A stretch of 64,000 nucleotides of DNA, taken from IMG/VR virus record IMGVR_UViG_3300045988_172839, positions 128,001-192,000 of that record, one strand, 5' to 3'. The notes beneath the pieces were generated by a model. That model did no database searches and was not told the origin of the DNA. It saw only the letters and a program-made list of their open reading frames with translations. Shown here piece after piece: positions 54,186 through 62,342 of this stretch; the stretch's first letter is position 1, and the number at the start of each line of letters is the position of its first letter. This DNA is from a virus. Both the position numbers and the translations under genes were made by a program.

Positions 54186-54518
54186 TTAAAGAAGTGGATA
54201 ATCCACAACAGTAGCGCCTTCTTCGGACGGATACCCTTTGACACCTCGGTATAAAGCCCTCTCAAGTCCATCTAAACCATGTGAAGAAGAACTAACCAAC
54301 TGAGCTTGAGAACCCTCTAATAAAGTCTTCAAGTGGTAAATTGTTCCGTGACCTACGAAACGTTTCACAACAATCACAATGTCAAAGTCTTTCAACTTAT
54401 CTGGGGCAAGTTCTGTATCGTTGTGTGAGCTAGAATCAATCACTTCAAGCGCTTCTGCTTTCTTCTCCGTTAATACAAGAGACCTAAAACGCTCTACTTG
54501 AGATTTGGGTAATCCCAA
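54186..54518 (-). CDS. hypothetical protein (Rossmann-like start appears to lie upstream of the only start codon)
   Basis: The TTG start at 54518 has a weak RBS. The same frame stays open upstream (TFAKYDFDLKGKKVAILG) back to the TGA of the preceding gene. Confidence 0.55.
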   Translation of the reverse strand: MGLPKSQVERFRSLVLTEKKAEALEVIDSSSHNDTELAPDKLKDFDIVIVVKRFVGHGTIYHLKTLLEGSQAQLVSSSSHGLDGLERALYRGVKGYPSEEGATVVDYPLL

Positions 54519-54566
54519 TATAGCGACTTTCTTACCTTTTAAGTCAAAGTCATATTTGGCAAAGGT

Positions 54567-55409
54567 TCATGAAGGTTTTGAGGATACCACCGATGACGTG
54601 ATTGGTTTAACTTTATTATCTTGGTGAACCCAAGCTAAGCGTGGTAGTTCACCCTCTTTAATGACTAAATCCACCGAGTGTGCAGTCGCTAGGCGATAAG
54701 TCTTCACTAGGTAATCATTGAGGCTGAAGACCCCACAACGAGAACCATAATCTCTTAAAGAGTTACCTTCAGAATCAGAAGGAACATAGTAACCTTCCGC
54801 ATCTTTGTTTAGTGGACAATTTTCAACGTAAGTAAGGCCTGTTTTAGGCTCTAAGGTCGTTTCATAAGAAATATCATAAATACGCGGACCTGAAAGATTA
54901 AAGGAAATTACAAGACCGTGACTCAAATCAAACCGTTTGTACACCTCAAAGTTATTATCGTATAGAACTTCTCCAGTTTCAACATCTTCAATTTCAAAAC
55001 CACGCTCTGTCAATAATACAACACCACACAAGTCACCGTTTGCATTTGGTGAGAAAATACGAGGGCACCATTTGTAACTAGGTGTCTCCTCTTCTTGGTA
55101 CTCTGTTTCATCTGAGTAACCTACTACTTCTTCAGTCGTAAGAGTTTGTGGAGCTTGACCTTTAGGCAGAAGCGCATGATCTTCTGAAGATACCGCAACA
55201 AGGTTTGAAGGACTATCTGAACGAGCTAAGTAATGATGCAAGACCAAATCTTGTTCTTCTTTAAACAAAGGAACTAAAAACTCTCCAAAAGCTTGATTGT
55301 CTAAGCCTAAAAACTCTTTGGCGAGTTTTAGGCGTTCCAAATCACCCTCTACCAAAATATCTTTAATTGTCTTGCGAAATTCATTTAAAAATTCTTCTCT
55401 AAATTCCAT
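54567..55409 (-). CDS. hypothetical protein
   Basis: ATG 55409 after an AGAGG RBS. It ends in TGA at 54567-54569, in frame with ORF 54186..54518. Confidence 0.7.
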   Translation of the reverse strand: MEFREEFLNEFRKTIKDILVEGDLERLKLAKEFLGLDNQAFGEFLVPLFKEEQDLVLHHYLARSDSPSNLVAVSSEDHALLPKGQAPQTLTTEEVVGYSDETEYQEEETPSYKWCPRIFSPNANGDLCGVVLLTERGFEIEDVETGEVLYDNNFEVYKRFDLSHGLVISFNLSGPRIYDISYETTLEPKTGLTYVENCPLNKDAEGYYVPSDSEGNSLRDYGSRCGVFSLNDYLVKTYRLATAHSVDLVIKEGELPRLAWVHQDNKVKPITSSVVSSKPS

Positions 55410-55414
55410 TGAAA

Positions 55415-55879
55415 TCAACCTCTCTTATTCTTTCTATTTTTCTTCCTAACTTTGTGTATGCGAGGTGCAAACTGCTCCGCAGTTGTGCAAATGTCGTCCC
55501 AATTTACTCTAGGTTGTGGGTTAATTAGTAGTTTTCTTGTGTCTATAAAGCTCTTTGTGACCTTACTGCAGTTTCTATATCTTTCCTTGTAACAATAGCA
55601 GCAGACAAAGAAAGTCAGACCCTTTTGATTTAAAGCAAACAACTGCTTAACCTTACGGTGGCAAATGTCACAAGGCGTAGTCAAAGGCGCTTTTGAGGAT
55701 ACCGTAACTGTAGGTGTGAGCGAATTATCAAAGGTTGTCTCAATATCGAAAGCTACTGCTTTTGGAGAAACTGTAACTGTAGGCTCAGAACCGTTGTAAA
55801 AAATTGATTCAGGATCGAAATCCCAATTCTTCTTGTCTGGGTTTAAGAACGATTCAAAATTGATAAAATCACCTAACAT
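55415..55879 (-). CDS. hypothetical Cys-rich protein
   Basis: Start set at ATG 55879, so that the 19-bp repeats upstream are treated as non-coding. CDICHRKV...FVCCYCYKERYRNC suggests a zinc-ribbon-like cluster. Confidence 0.55.
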   Translation of the reverse strand: MLGDFINFESFLNPDKKNWDFDPESIFYNGSEPTVTVSPKAVAFDIETTFDNSLTPTVTVSSKAPLTTPCDICHRKVKQLFALNQKGLTFFVCCYCYKERYRNCSKVTKSFIDTRKLLINPQPRVNWDDICTTAEQFAPRIHKVRKKNRKNKRG

Positions 55880-55911
55880 AAATTTATTCCTATTTTCCTT
55901 TCTAAAATATA

Positions 55912-55999
55912 AGAAACCCCAAAGAAATTTGGGATACCCAAAGAAATTTGGGATACCCAAAGAAATTTGGGATACCCAAAGAAATTTGGGATACCCAAA
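55912..55999. repeat. tandem 19-bp repeat, four full copies plus one degenerate copy, each containing the palindrome TTTGGG-ATA-CCCAAA
   Basis: GGGATACCCAAAGAAATTT repeated, with GATACC starting at 55933, 55952, 55971 and 55990. Lies between the stop of 56007..56744 and ATG 55879. Confidence 0.9.
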
Positions 56000-56006
56000 G
56001 GTAGTT

Positions 56007-56744
56007 TTATACTGGGATTCTTGCACTATGTAAAAAGCTTTCAATCTTTTCCATAGCTTCATTTATTTTTGTCATTACTCCTGAATTAGAGTAAAAATTA
56101 CAAGGGACAGTAATCTTCGCAGTAATAAGCTCATTAACAGAATTTGAAAAATCCAATACTAAACCTTCAGAGCCTAGATTAAACTTCATAGCACGTGAAC
56201 CTGCAACTTCCTTAGAAACTTCAACACGACCAAGACTAACACTAGAAAAATTTGTCACAACAACTTGAAATTGATTAAAATTGAATGTAATCAATGAATT
56301 TGTAAAGTCGTATTTTAAATCAAATTTATAAAAGTTACCACCTGTTAATTCAAGTAGAACTGACAAAGCGTTTATTAACCCTGAAACGTCATTAAACCAA
56401 TATTGAATAGGATTCATAGCAGTTGCAGTTCCCAATATTTTCTCCATTTTAGCTCGCACTTCAGTTTCAGAATAAACTGCAATAGTGTACGAAATATCAG
56501 AGTAATGCTGAACCAACTGCAATGTACCTAAAATATGGTTTACTACAACTTCCATCTGCAGTTTAGAACGTAAAGTGGAGTTCAAGCTATCAAGTTTTTC
56601 CTGTAATTTCTTACTTAATTTTAAAAACGGAAGCTCAACTTGGGAAGCTTGTTTTCTTTGTTCTATCTCTTTCATTAGTTGTAATTTAGACATTTCACTC
56701 TGTAAATCTAGTAAGCGAGTGTCTATAGCGTCAATTAAATCCAT
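56007..56744 (-). CDS. hypothetical protein with N-terminal coiled coil
   Basis: ORF track; LLDLQSEMSKLQLMKEIEQRKQ. Confidence 0.7.
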   Translation of the reverse strand: MDLIDAIDTRLLDLQSEMSKLQLMKEIEQRKQASQVELPFLKLSKKLQEKLDSLNSTLRSKLQMEVVVNHILGTLQLVQHYSDISYTIAVYSETEVRAKMEKILGTATAMNPIQYWFNDVSGLINALSVLLELTGGNFYKFDLKYDFTNSLITFNFNQFQVVVTNFSSVSLGRVEVSKEVAGSRAMKFNLGSEGLVLDFSNSVNELITAKITVPCNFYSNSGVMTKINEAMEKIESFLHSARIPV

Positions 56745-56745
56745 G

Positions 56746-57135
56746 TTAGTTTACCACCTCTCTATGCTTAAACAAGAGTTCAAAGGACTCTAAAATATCA
56801 AATCTTCGACTAGGGTGTGGTGTGAACATATAAAGACCACAACTCAAACTAAACTTCAAACCTACCTTGTTCAACTTTAAAATCAAAGCCGTGTCAATTT
56901 GAGTCTCAAAACCTATTACTCCAACCAAGTTTAACTTGTTATCAGAACCCAATCGAATCTTAGAGTGTTCACTTAGAGGAATTTCAAAATCATCTACCTC
57001 GTTTTGAACAAACTGAAGACTAGTTTTAGTTAGAACAGACAACAAGGTTTCTACCAACTCAGCTCTTTTCTTACTCGTAAAACAAAGTCGGGGTACAGTC
57101 GGATTAAGTGTACTTACATAAAAGTAAGGTTTCAT
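56746..57135 (-). CDS. hypothetical protein
   Basis: Start set at ATG 57135, because the track's 20-aa extension covers promoter 57167-57195. Confidence 0.65.
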   Translation of the reverse strand: MKPYFYVSTLNPTVPRLCFTSKKRAELVETLLSVLTKTSLQFVQNEVDDFEIPLSEHSKIRLGSDNKLNLVGVIGFETQIDTALILKLNKVGLKFSLSCGLYMFTPHPSRRFDILESFELLFKHREVVN

Positions 57136-57166
57136 ACAGTTTCTCACTTTCTTCTTTATTTTCTTT

Positions 57167-57195
57167 ATTATATCAAAAAAGAGGAAATTTGTCAA
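57167..57195 (-). promoter_or_regulatory. sigma-A-type promoter TTGACA-17-TATAAT
   Basis: attata at 57167-57172 and tgtcaa at 57190-57195. Confidence 0.85.
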
Positions 57196-57197
57196 AG

Positions 57198-57233
57198 AAA
57201 AAGAGAGGATACCGCTTGGTAAACTCTCTTTTT
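57198..57233 (-). terminator. rho-independent terminator with GATACC in the loop
   Basis: 10-bp stem aaaaagagag/ctctcttttt. The 16-nt loop contains GATACC at 57208-57213. Confidence 0.7.
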
Positions 57234-57240
57234 ACATTCT

Positions 57241-57624
57241 TTAAATCTCTTTCGCAAGCGCAAGATACCGCTCAAAAGCTGTTTCTAAGTCAAGAATTTC
57301 TGCAAGTGTCAAACTAACAACTCCTCGGTCTAGTTCGTAAAGCAAACCTTTGTCGTAAAGATTTAAGACCTTTTTAGTTGAAACATAAGGCTCTGGATCA
57401 TACTCTTCTACAAGTCTAAGACCTAGTTCTGGAGAAAACTCTAAGTCATAACGATTAGTTAACTTAAATCTAAAATAATCATCACTGGTTTGTTTTAGCT
57501 CCAAATCATAATCAATCATAGCTTTATAGGCAATTTTCTCTAAAAGAAGAGCTGTCTTTTCACTCAGAAAAGAATAGTTTCCGTAAACTGTTTCAGCAGT
57601 GTAAAGAAGTGTGCGTTTAGGCAT
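57241..57624 (-). CDS. hypothetical protein
   Basis: ORF track; GAGGA RBS. Confidence 0.7.
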   Translation of the reverse strand: MPKRTLLYTAETVYGNYSFLSEKTALLLEKIAYKAMIDYDLELKQTSDDYFRFKLTNRYDLEFSPELGLRLVEEYDPEPYVSTKKVLNLYDKGLLYELDRGVVSLTLAEILDLETAFERYLALAKEI

Positions 57625-57654
57625 GTTTTGTCCTCATTTCATTTTATTGATTTA

Positions 57655-57683
57655 ATTATATCAAAAATGTCTTATTTTGTCAA
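57655..57683 (-). promoter_or_regulatory. sigma-A-type promoter TTGACA-17-TATAAT
   Basis: attata at 57655-57660 and tgtcaa at 57678-57683. Confidence 0.85.
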
Positions 57684-57685
57684 GC

Positions 57686-57722
57686 AAAAAGAGAGGATAC
57701 CGCTAGGTAAAGCTCTCTTTTT
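57686..57722 (-). terminator. rho-independent terminator with GATACC in the loop (near-copy of 57198-57233)
   Basis: Same 10-bp stem. The loop gataccgctaggtaaag contains GATACC at 57696-57701. Confidence 0.7.
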
Positions 57723-57724
57723 GC

Positions 57725-58114
57725 TTATAAAGGTAAATCTAAAGGACTGTGAACTATCATAGTGGCTTTAAACCCATCTTTTTTCTTGTTTTTAACAACA
57801 CCTTGAGCAACTTCCTGAGAAGAGTAAAGACCTATAGACTTAGAACCCGTTGAAGTCCAATCATTAGTCTCAGAGTCGTAATTTCGGTCGTCAATGCGAA
57901 CTTCGTATTTAGGTCTTACATAGCGAATGAGATAAGTATTTATAATAAAAGTGACACCTACATGGTTAGAAACCAAGGCAACATCTACCACATAATAACC
58001 GCGAGCTTTTAGAACATCTAATTTAGACTGAAGTTGCTTTTCGTCAAAGTCTGAACCTGCTTTTTCAAGAGTAACATACATAAACTCTATATCTGCTTTT
58101 GTGAAAACTTCCAT
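57725..58114 (-). CDS. hypothetical protein
   Basis: ORF track. Confidence 0.7.
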   Translation of the reverse strand: MEVFTKADIEFMYVTLEKAGSDFDEKQLQSKLDVLKARGYYVVDVALVSNHVGVTFIINTYLIRYVRPKYEVRIDDRNYDSETNDWTSTGSKSIGLYSSQEVAQGVVKNKKKDGFKATMIVHSPLDLPL

Positions 58115-58116
58115 AA

Positions 58117-58392
58117 CTAAACCTTACCTCTAAAAACTTTCCGAGCTAAATCATTACGTTCCTTAACCCAATCCAACCCCTTGTCGTGTAAATCTCGAAC
58201 CATATCATTGTACTCAATCAGAGAATCCAACCCACTCTTTCTAGTAGTTAAATCAATGACCTCAGAAGAAGGTTGAGGAGAAAGACGTCCCATCAAGAAA
58301 TCCAATTTACGAGTATCTTTAAAGTAATCATCAGAAGTTCTACCTAAAATAACTACTTTATCTTTTAATCGTTTACCTAATTCAGCACCCAT
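58117..58392 (-). CDS. hypothetical protein
   Basis: ATG 58392 lies just after the PnuC-like stop. The longer track ORF overlaps the upstream gene. Confidence 0.6.
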   Translation of the reverse strand: MGAELGKRLKDKVVILGRTSDDYFKDTRKLDFLMGRLSPQPSSEVIDLTTRKSGLDSLIEYNDMVRDLHDKGLDWVKERNDLARKVFRGKV

Positions 58393-58393
58393 T

Positions 58394-59095
58394 TTATTCA
58401 CTATCCTTCCAAACAAACAACGCACCTAGACTGTTTAAGATATAGAAAAGGTACTTACCAACGTTAGCAAAGTTCCCTTGAATAAGAGCTTTAGCTAACT
58501 GCACAAAGTTATAGAACAACCAAAAGCTCCATTGAGTTGTAAGTTTAAGTGCATTTAAACCGTTAGCCACCAAAGATAAAGCAAAGGCTATGGTTGTTAC
58601 ATAAGCGAGAGGGTTCATTTGACCCTGATACCCTATATAATTGGTGAGGTACGAGAAGGCAAATGAAATAACTATCAAAGTTGGTACAATCCAATTTAGA
58701 CGAGCTTTTGAAATAGTATTGGCTTTACCGTCTTGCGACTTGTTCCATAAGTAAATAGCTCCAAGGTAGATGAGGAACGTAATGGGATAAGTTATAATTG
58801 CAGCTTTATTGCCTAAAATATAGTCAATTAAGCCAGACAAGACTGCATTGATAATACCTAGATAATTCCCTAACTTACTCAATTTTCCAGTAAATCGAGT
58901 GGACATCATGGAAATCGCTACATTTCCTACTGAAATCCAACCAAAAGGAACAAATACTGTCCAAGTTCCCCAATCAACTAACTGGTTGAGCCATTTGGTG
59001 TGATACCCTGCGGAAATTGCAATCATGAGAACTAGGATAACCCCTAGCAAGTCAAACCACTGAGAAGTGGCGAATTGTTTCAATTTTTGTTTCAT
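58394..59095 (-). CDS. pnuC: nicotinamide riboside transporter PnuC-like membrane protein
   Basis: About 7 hydrophobic segments. KLSKLGNYLGIINAVLSG resembles E. coli PnuC EKISNYFFGLINVTLFG. Also has IYLWNKS and a C-terminal QWSFWLFYNFVQ. Confidence 0.65.
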   Translation of the reverse strand: MKQKLKQFATSQWFDLLGVILVLMIAISAGYHTKWLNQLVDWGTWTVFVPFGWISVGNVAISMMSTRFTGKLSKLGNYLGIINAVLSGLIDYILGNKAAIITYPITFLIYLGAIYLWNKSQDGKANTISKARLNWIVPTLIVISFAFSYLTNYIGYQGQMNPLAYVTTIAFALSLVANGLNALKLTTQWSFWLFYNFVQLAKALIQGNFANVGKYLFYILNSLGALFVWKDSE

Positions 59096-59109
59096 AAAAA
59101 TGTTCCTTT

Positions 59110-59916
59110 CTACTCAGTAACCAATGTGACTTGTACAGTTACTTTATCATTATCTTCGTTATCTAATTCTACCAAACGAGAAACTAGAGAGTCAAAAGTT
59201 GACTGCAAATCAGTTGACGAAACACCTTCTTGCAATGCTTGTACTGTTGCACTTTGTACTTTATTGAATTGAAGAGTGACTTTAGAATCTGAGTCTTTAG
59301 TGTAAGGTAATAAAGTGATCGAATCATCACAAAAACACTCAATTTGACCTTCCAATTTAACCGTATAGCGATCTATTTGAGACTCATAAGAAATATAGAG
59401 TTGGTAATCAAAAATACGAGGTAGTTTAGAACTGTAAACATAAAGTGAAAGTTCTCTTCCAAGTTGACCTTCAAAATAAGGTGAAACACCAATATCCAAA
59501 TCACACAAGAACTTTATTAAATCAAGTTGTTGCTCCACGATAGACAGCTGCTCTAACAACTCATCACCTTTAATAACTTCCTCAAAAGTGTAGACCAAAA
59601 TTGGTACAAAAACATCACCTTTACCGTAATAAAGAGCAAGTTGCTTGTAGCTTTCTAATGGAAGTTCTTCTTCACTAAGAGTTACTACCTCAGACTTGCG
59701 AGCAAGCAATAAAGGGATACTACTATTGCTAAGTAAGTCGTTTACATAAGCGAGTTTGCTTTGTAGTTGGACGTCTCCAAATAGTAAGTCGCCCTTTTCT
59801 GCTGCATTTAACTGCTCCTCCAAAGGTTTAATTTTGTGTGAGAAATTTAAGCAAGCGTCATATTCTTCTCTTTTCAACTGTTCTAGTTCTTTTCTTAATT
59901 CTTCTGTTGTTTTCAT
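59110..59916 (-). CDS. hypothetical protein with N-terminal coiled coil
   Basis: ORF track; TTEELRKELEQLKREEYD. Confidence 0.7.
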   Translation of the reverse strand: MKTTEELRKELEQLKREEYDACLNFSHKIKPLEEQLNAAEKGDLLFGDVQLQSKLAYVNDLLSNSSIPLLLARKSEVVTLSEEELPLESYKQLALYYGKGDVFVPILVYTFEEVIKGDELLEQLSIVEQQLDLIKFLCDLDIGVSPYFEGQLGRELSLYVYSSKLPRIFDYQLYISYESQIDRYTVKLEGQIECFCDDSITLLPYTKDSDSKVTLQFNKVQSATVQALQEGVSSTDLQSTFDSLVSRLVELDNEDNDKVTVQVTLVTE

Positions 59917-59942
59917 TGTCTTTTCTTTCTAAATCGCTTATT

Positions 59943-60737
59943 TTAATGACTCACTACATTAAACTTGTTACGAAACTCAGTAAGTTCTTCTTCTAGCTCA
60001 ACCATAACCTTACCTAAATCCTTGTAGGTAGTAAATGACTTGTGAACTGACAAGATCTGTTCAAATGAACCTGTATAGTCCTCATCATGAACGTACAAAT
60101 TTTCTGCACGTGTTTGAATACAAATATTACTGTTTTTAAATCTAAGTGAACAAAACTCAGACTCAAAAGTTAAAGTGTCATTTACAATCAAAACATAAGG
60201 GCGCTTTACAACCAAAATACAATCATAAGAGTCCATGTATTGATTTGTGTAAGTAAAATATAATTTATCCAAAAAATTATCATAAGACTTGAAAGTAAGA
60301 CTTGCACCATTCAAGTAAAGCAAACTTTTAACTTTAAACACACTACTTACTAATTTCAAAGAACCTTGAAGCCATAATTGGATATCCTCAAAAGTAATGA
60401 TTTGGTTAAAAGACTCCACCAAACCATAGAAAACACGCTTATCTTTAGGGTCAAGAACTTTAAAACTAGAGAGGCCTTCTTTCGAATCTCTATCATTAAC
60501 GATAAATACCCAATTACGTTTGTAATCAATACTTAAAGCCAATCCTAATTCACATTTCACCAATTCATTTTGAAGTTTTTGAATCAGATGGCTTAGAGTC
60601 TCATCTTCTAACAAACTGGAAGCTTTATCCTTCGCCAAACTTTCTTGTGCTTTTACGAGTTGTTGTCTTGCTCTCAAAGAACCAAGTTTGTCCTCTAACT
60701 CTTTAATTTCTTTATCTAATTCTACGGAATTTGTCAT
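59943..60737 (-). CDS. hypothetical protein with N-terminal coiled coil
   Basis: ORF track; LDKEIKELEDKLGSLRARQQ; same architecture as 59110..59916. Confidence 0.7.
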   Translation of the reverse strand: MTNSVELDKEIKELEDKLGSLRARQQLVKAQESLAKDKASSLLEDETLSHLIQKLQNELVKCELGLALSIDYKRNWVFIVNDRDSKEGLSSFKVLDPKDKRVFYGLVESFNQIITFEDIQLWLQGSLKLVSSVFKVKSLLYLNGASLTFKSYDNFLDKLYFTYTNQYMDSYDCILVVKRPYVLIVNDTLTFESEFCSLRFKNSNICIQTRAENLYVHDEDYTGSFEQILSVHKSFTTYKDLGKVMVELEEELTEFRNKFNVVSH

Positions 60738-60768
60738 GTTTATTACCTTCTTTTACTCAATTTTCTTT

Positions 60769-60797
60769 ATTATATCAAAAACAAAAGAAAAAGTCAA
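60769..60797 (-). promoter_or_regulatory. sigma-A-type promoter TTGACT-17-TATAAT
   Basis: attata at 60769-60774 and agtcaa at 60792-60797. The -35 box lies in the hairpin 60789-60815. Confidence 0.8.
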
Positions 60798-60846
60798 GTA
60801 ATACCCTCGACTTTTGTTGAACTTGTAAGATACCGCGAGCGAATTT

Positions 60847-61092
60847 TTAGCGATAAGACTTAAAGCTGTGGTTAATGTATCTTCGGTCTTTGTGTGCTGT
60901 CCACAAAAGACGGAGACCTTGTTCCGTTTGAAGGTATAGAGTCTCTACTACGCTTGTGATCGGTCTGTGGTCTGGTGTGCAAGCAGTTACTTTGCTATGG
61001 AAAACTGCAGTTATTGTCACGTCTTCTCCCTCTTTAGTTGGGAGGTTAAAATCTCGGATACCGAGAACTGTTGGTACTTCTTGAAGTTTCAT
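60847..61092 (-). CDS. hypothetical protein
   Basis: ORF track. Confidence 0.6.
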   Translation of the reverse strand: MKLQEVPTVLGIRDFNLPTKEGEDVTITAVFHSKVTACTPDHRPITSVVETLYLQTEQGLRLLWTAHKDRRYINHSFKSYR

Positions 61093-61108
61093 GTGTCAAA
61101 CCTACTTT

Positions 61109-61552
61109 CTAATAATTCTCTTGAGCTAAAGCAAAAACCGACCCTTGAGTGGTCAATAGCAACCAATTTAACGGTGAATCATGTTTTGTGCGCAGATGCA
61201 AAGCATCAAAACTTAGAGGAACTTTCGTACTAAACGTAATCAATTCTTGCCAACATAAATGTGCCAAGGGTTTAATCGGTTCGTAAACTTTAGTGTAGGA
61301 ATCAGTAAAACAGAGAACCCCTACTGTGTAAACCTCTGTTGTACCATCAGATAGTTCTTTTCGATAAGGTGGCTTTGTAATCCCAATATTTGTAAGAAGA
61401 CCAGCTTCAAATTGATCTAACTCCTTACTCAAAGGAGTTAAAGTGTCCCAAAATTTGTTGAGAAAACCCATGTCATACACGCTCATTGGGTCGTTTACTG
61501 GAAAATGGGATTTAGTAATACGAAGTTCAAATAATTGTACTGTTTTAGTCAT
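61109..61552 (-). CDS. hypothetical protein
   Basis: ATG 61552 follows AAAGGA by 9 nt. ATG 61570 would be almost leaderless relative to the promoter. Confidence 0.6.
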   Translation of the reverse strand: MTKTVQLFELRITKSHFPVNDPMSVYDMGFLNKFWDTLTPLSKELDQFEAGLLTNIGITKPPYRKELSDGTTEVYTVGVLCFTDSYTKVYEPIKPLAHLCWQELITFSTKVPLSFDALHLRTKHDSPLNWLLLTTQGSVFALAQENY

Positions 61553-61581
61553 TCTATTATTTCCTTTCATTTAATGATTTA

Positions 61582-61610
61582 ATTATATCAAAAACAGTAG
61601 AAAAAGTCAA
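61582..61610 (-). promoter_or_regulatory. sigma-A-type promoter TTGACT-17-TATAAT
   Basis: attata at 61582-61587 and agtcaa at 61605-61610. Confidence 0.8.
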
Positions 61611-61615
61611 TATAA

Positions 61616-61637
61616 AAAGAGCAAAAACTTGCTCTTT
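61616..61637 (-). terminator. rho-independent terminator
   Basis: Stem aaagagcaa/ttgctcttt with a 4-nt loop, 3' of gene 61640..62281. Confidence 0.75.
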
Positions 61638-61639
61638 TC

Positions 61640-62281
61640 TTATATTTTTGTTACATCAGACCAACGTAAAACGTCTTTGTTGTAAGGGCTATACTTACTG
61701 TATCGAATGAACAATAAAACAACACCCATAGCAAGTAGTAAACTACCAAAGAAAGTAAAGGCTGGCACAAAACCATGTGTATTCACATAAGTTTGAAGTT
61801 GACTTCCCGAAATAGAAGCACCTTCGTTAGTAAATGGAGAAGGTACAGAGAGATCGTAAGAATCTCGGAACACCCACATCACAAACTTATTAACTAAAGG
61901 ACTAATTGCCAAAGCAAGTAGAGCAGAAATTAAAAGCATCCAATTTTCTAAATGATTTAATCTCTTATAGGCTTTAGATTTCTCTTTAGCACAAGTCAAA
62001 TAAAGGCGACCTTTCAACTTGAAAAATTTGCAGTAAATATAAGGACTTTCGAGTTTTCCCATGACGATACCCAGGTAATCATATTCCATAGTGTCTACAT
62101 CGGTCACATCAACTGTAAAGTCAACCATGTCAAGCTCTTTTGCCTTTTCGACTTCTGGTTGAATAAGTTCAGTTAGACGATTGAGTTTAGCTCTTTCAGT
62201 ATTTAGAGCACTGTCGTCAGTCAGCAAAGATTGATATTTTACTAATAACACTGAATAAGAATCGTTTTTAAATAGTTGCAT
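61640..62281 (-). CDS. membrane protein (soluble N-domain plus C-terminal TM segments)
   Basis: ORF track; AAAGGA RBS; same layout as the next two genes. Confidence 0.7.
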   Translation of the reverse strand: MQLFKNDSYSVLLVKYQSLLTDDSALNTERAKLNRLTELIQPEVEKAKELDMVDFTVDVTDVDTMEYDYLGIVMGKLESPYIYCKFFKLKGRLYLTCAKEKSKAYKRLNHLENWMLLISALLALAISPLVNKFVMWVFRDSYDLSVPSPFTNEGASISGSQLQTYVNTHGFVPAFTFFGSLLLAMGVVLLFIRYSKYSPYNKDVLRWSDVTKI

Positions 62282-62313
62282 TGAAATTTCCTTTCAAATA
62301 AATTACGCTTATG

Positions 62314-62342
62314 ATTTTATCATAAAATACTTGGTTTGTCAA
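62314..62342 (-). promoter_or_regulatory. sigma-A-type promoter TTGACA-17-TGaTAAAAT
   Basis: atttta at 62314-62319 and tgtcaa at 62337-62342. The TG of the extended -10 is the TGA stop of the upstream gene. Confidence 0.7.

Noticed and set aside
55880-56062. The N-terminal 61 codons of track ORF 55415..56062
   Set aside because: They read through four 19-bp (non-triplet) tandem repeats and overlap the previous gene by 56 nt. An internal ATG at 55879 gives a compact gene, so the repeats are treated as regulatory DNA.
54061-57195. N-terminal extensions of track ORFs 53242..54105 and 56746..57195 (and similarly 16195..16689)
   Set aside because: For 53242..54105 and 56746..57195, the extensions run through consensus -10 and -35 boxes of the genes' own promoters. 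Internal ATGs downstream of the promoters are used instead.
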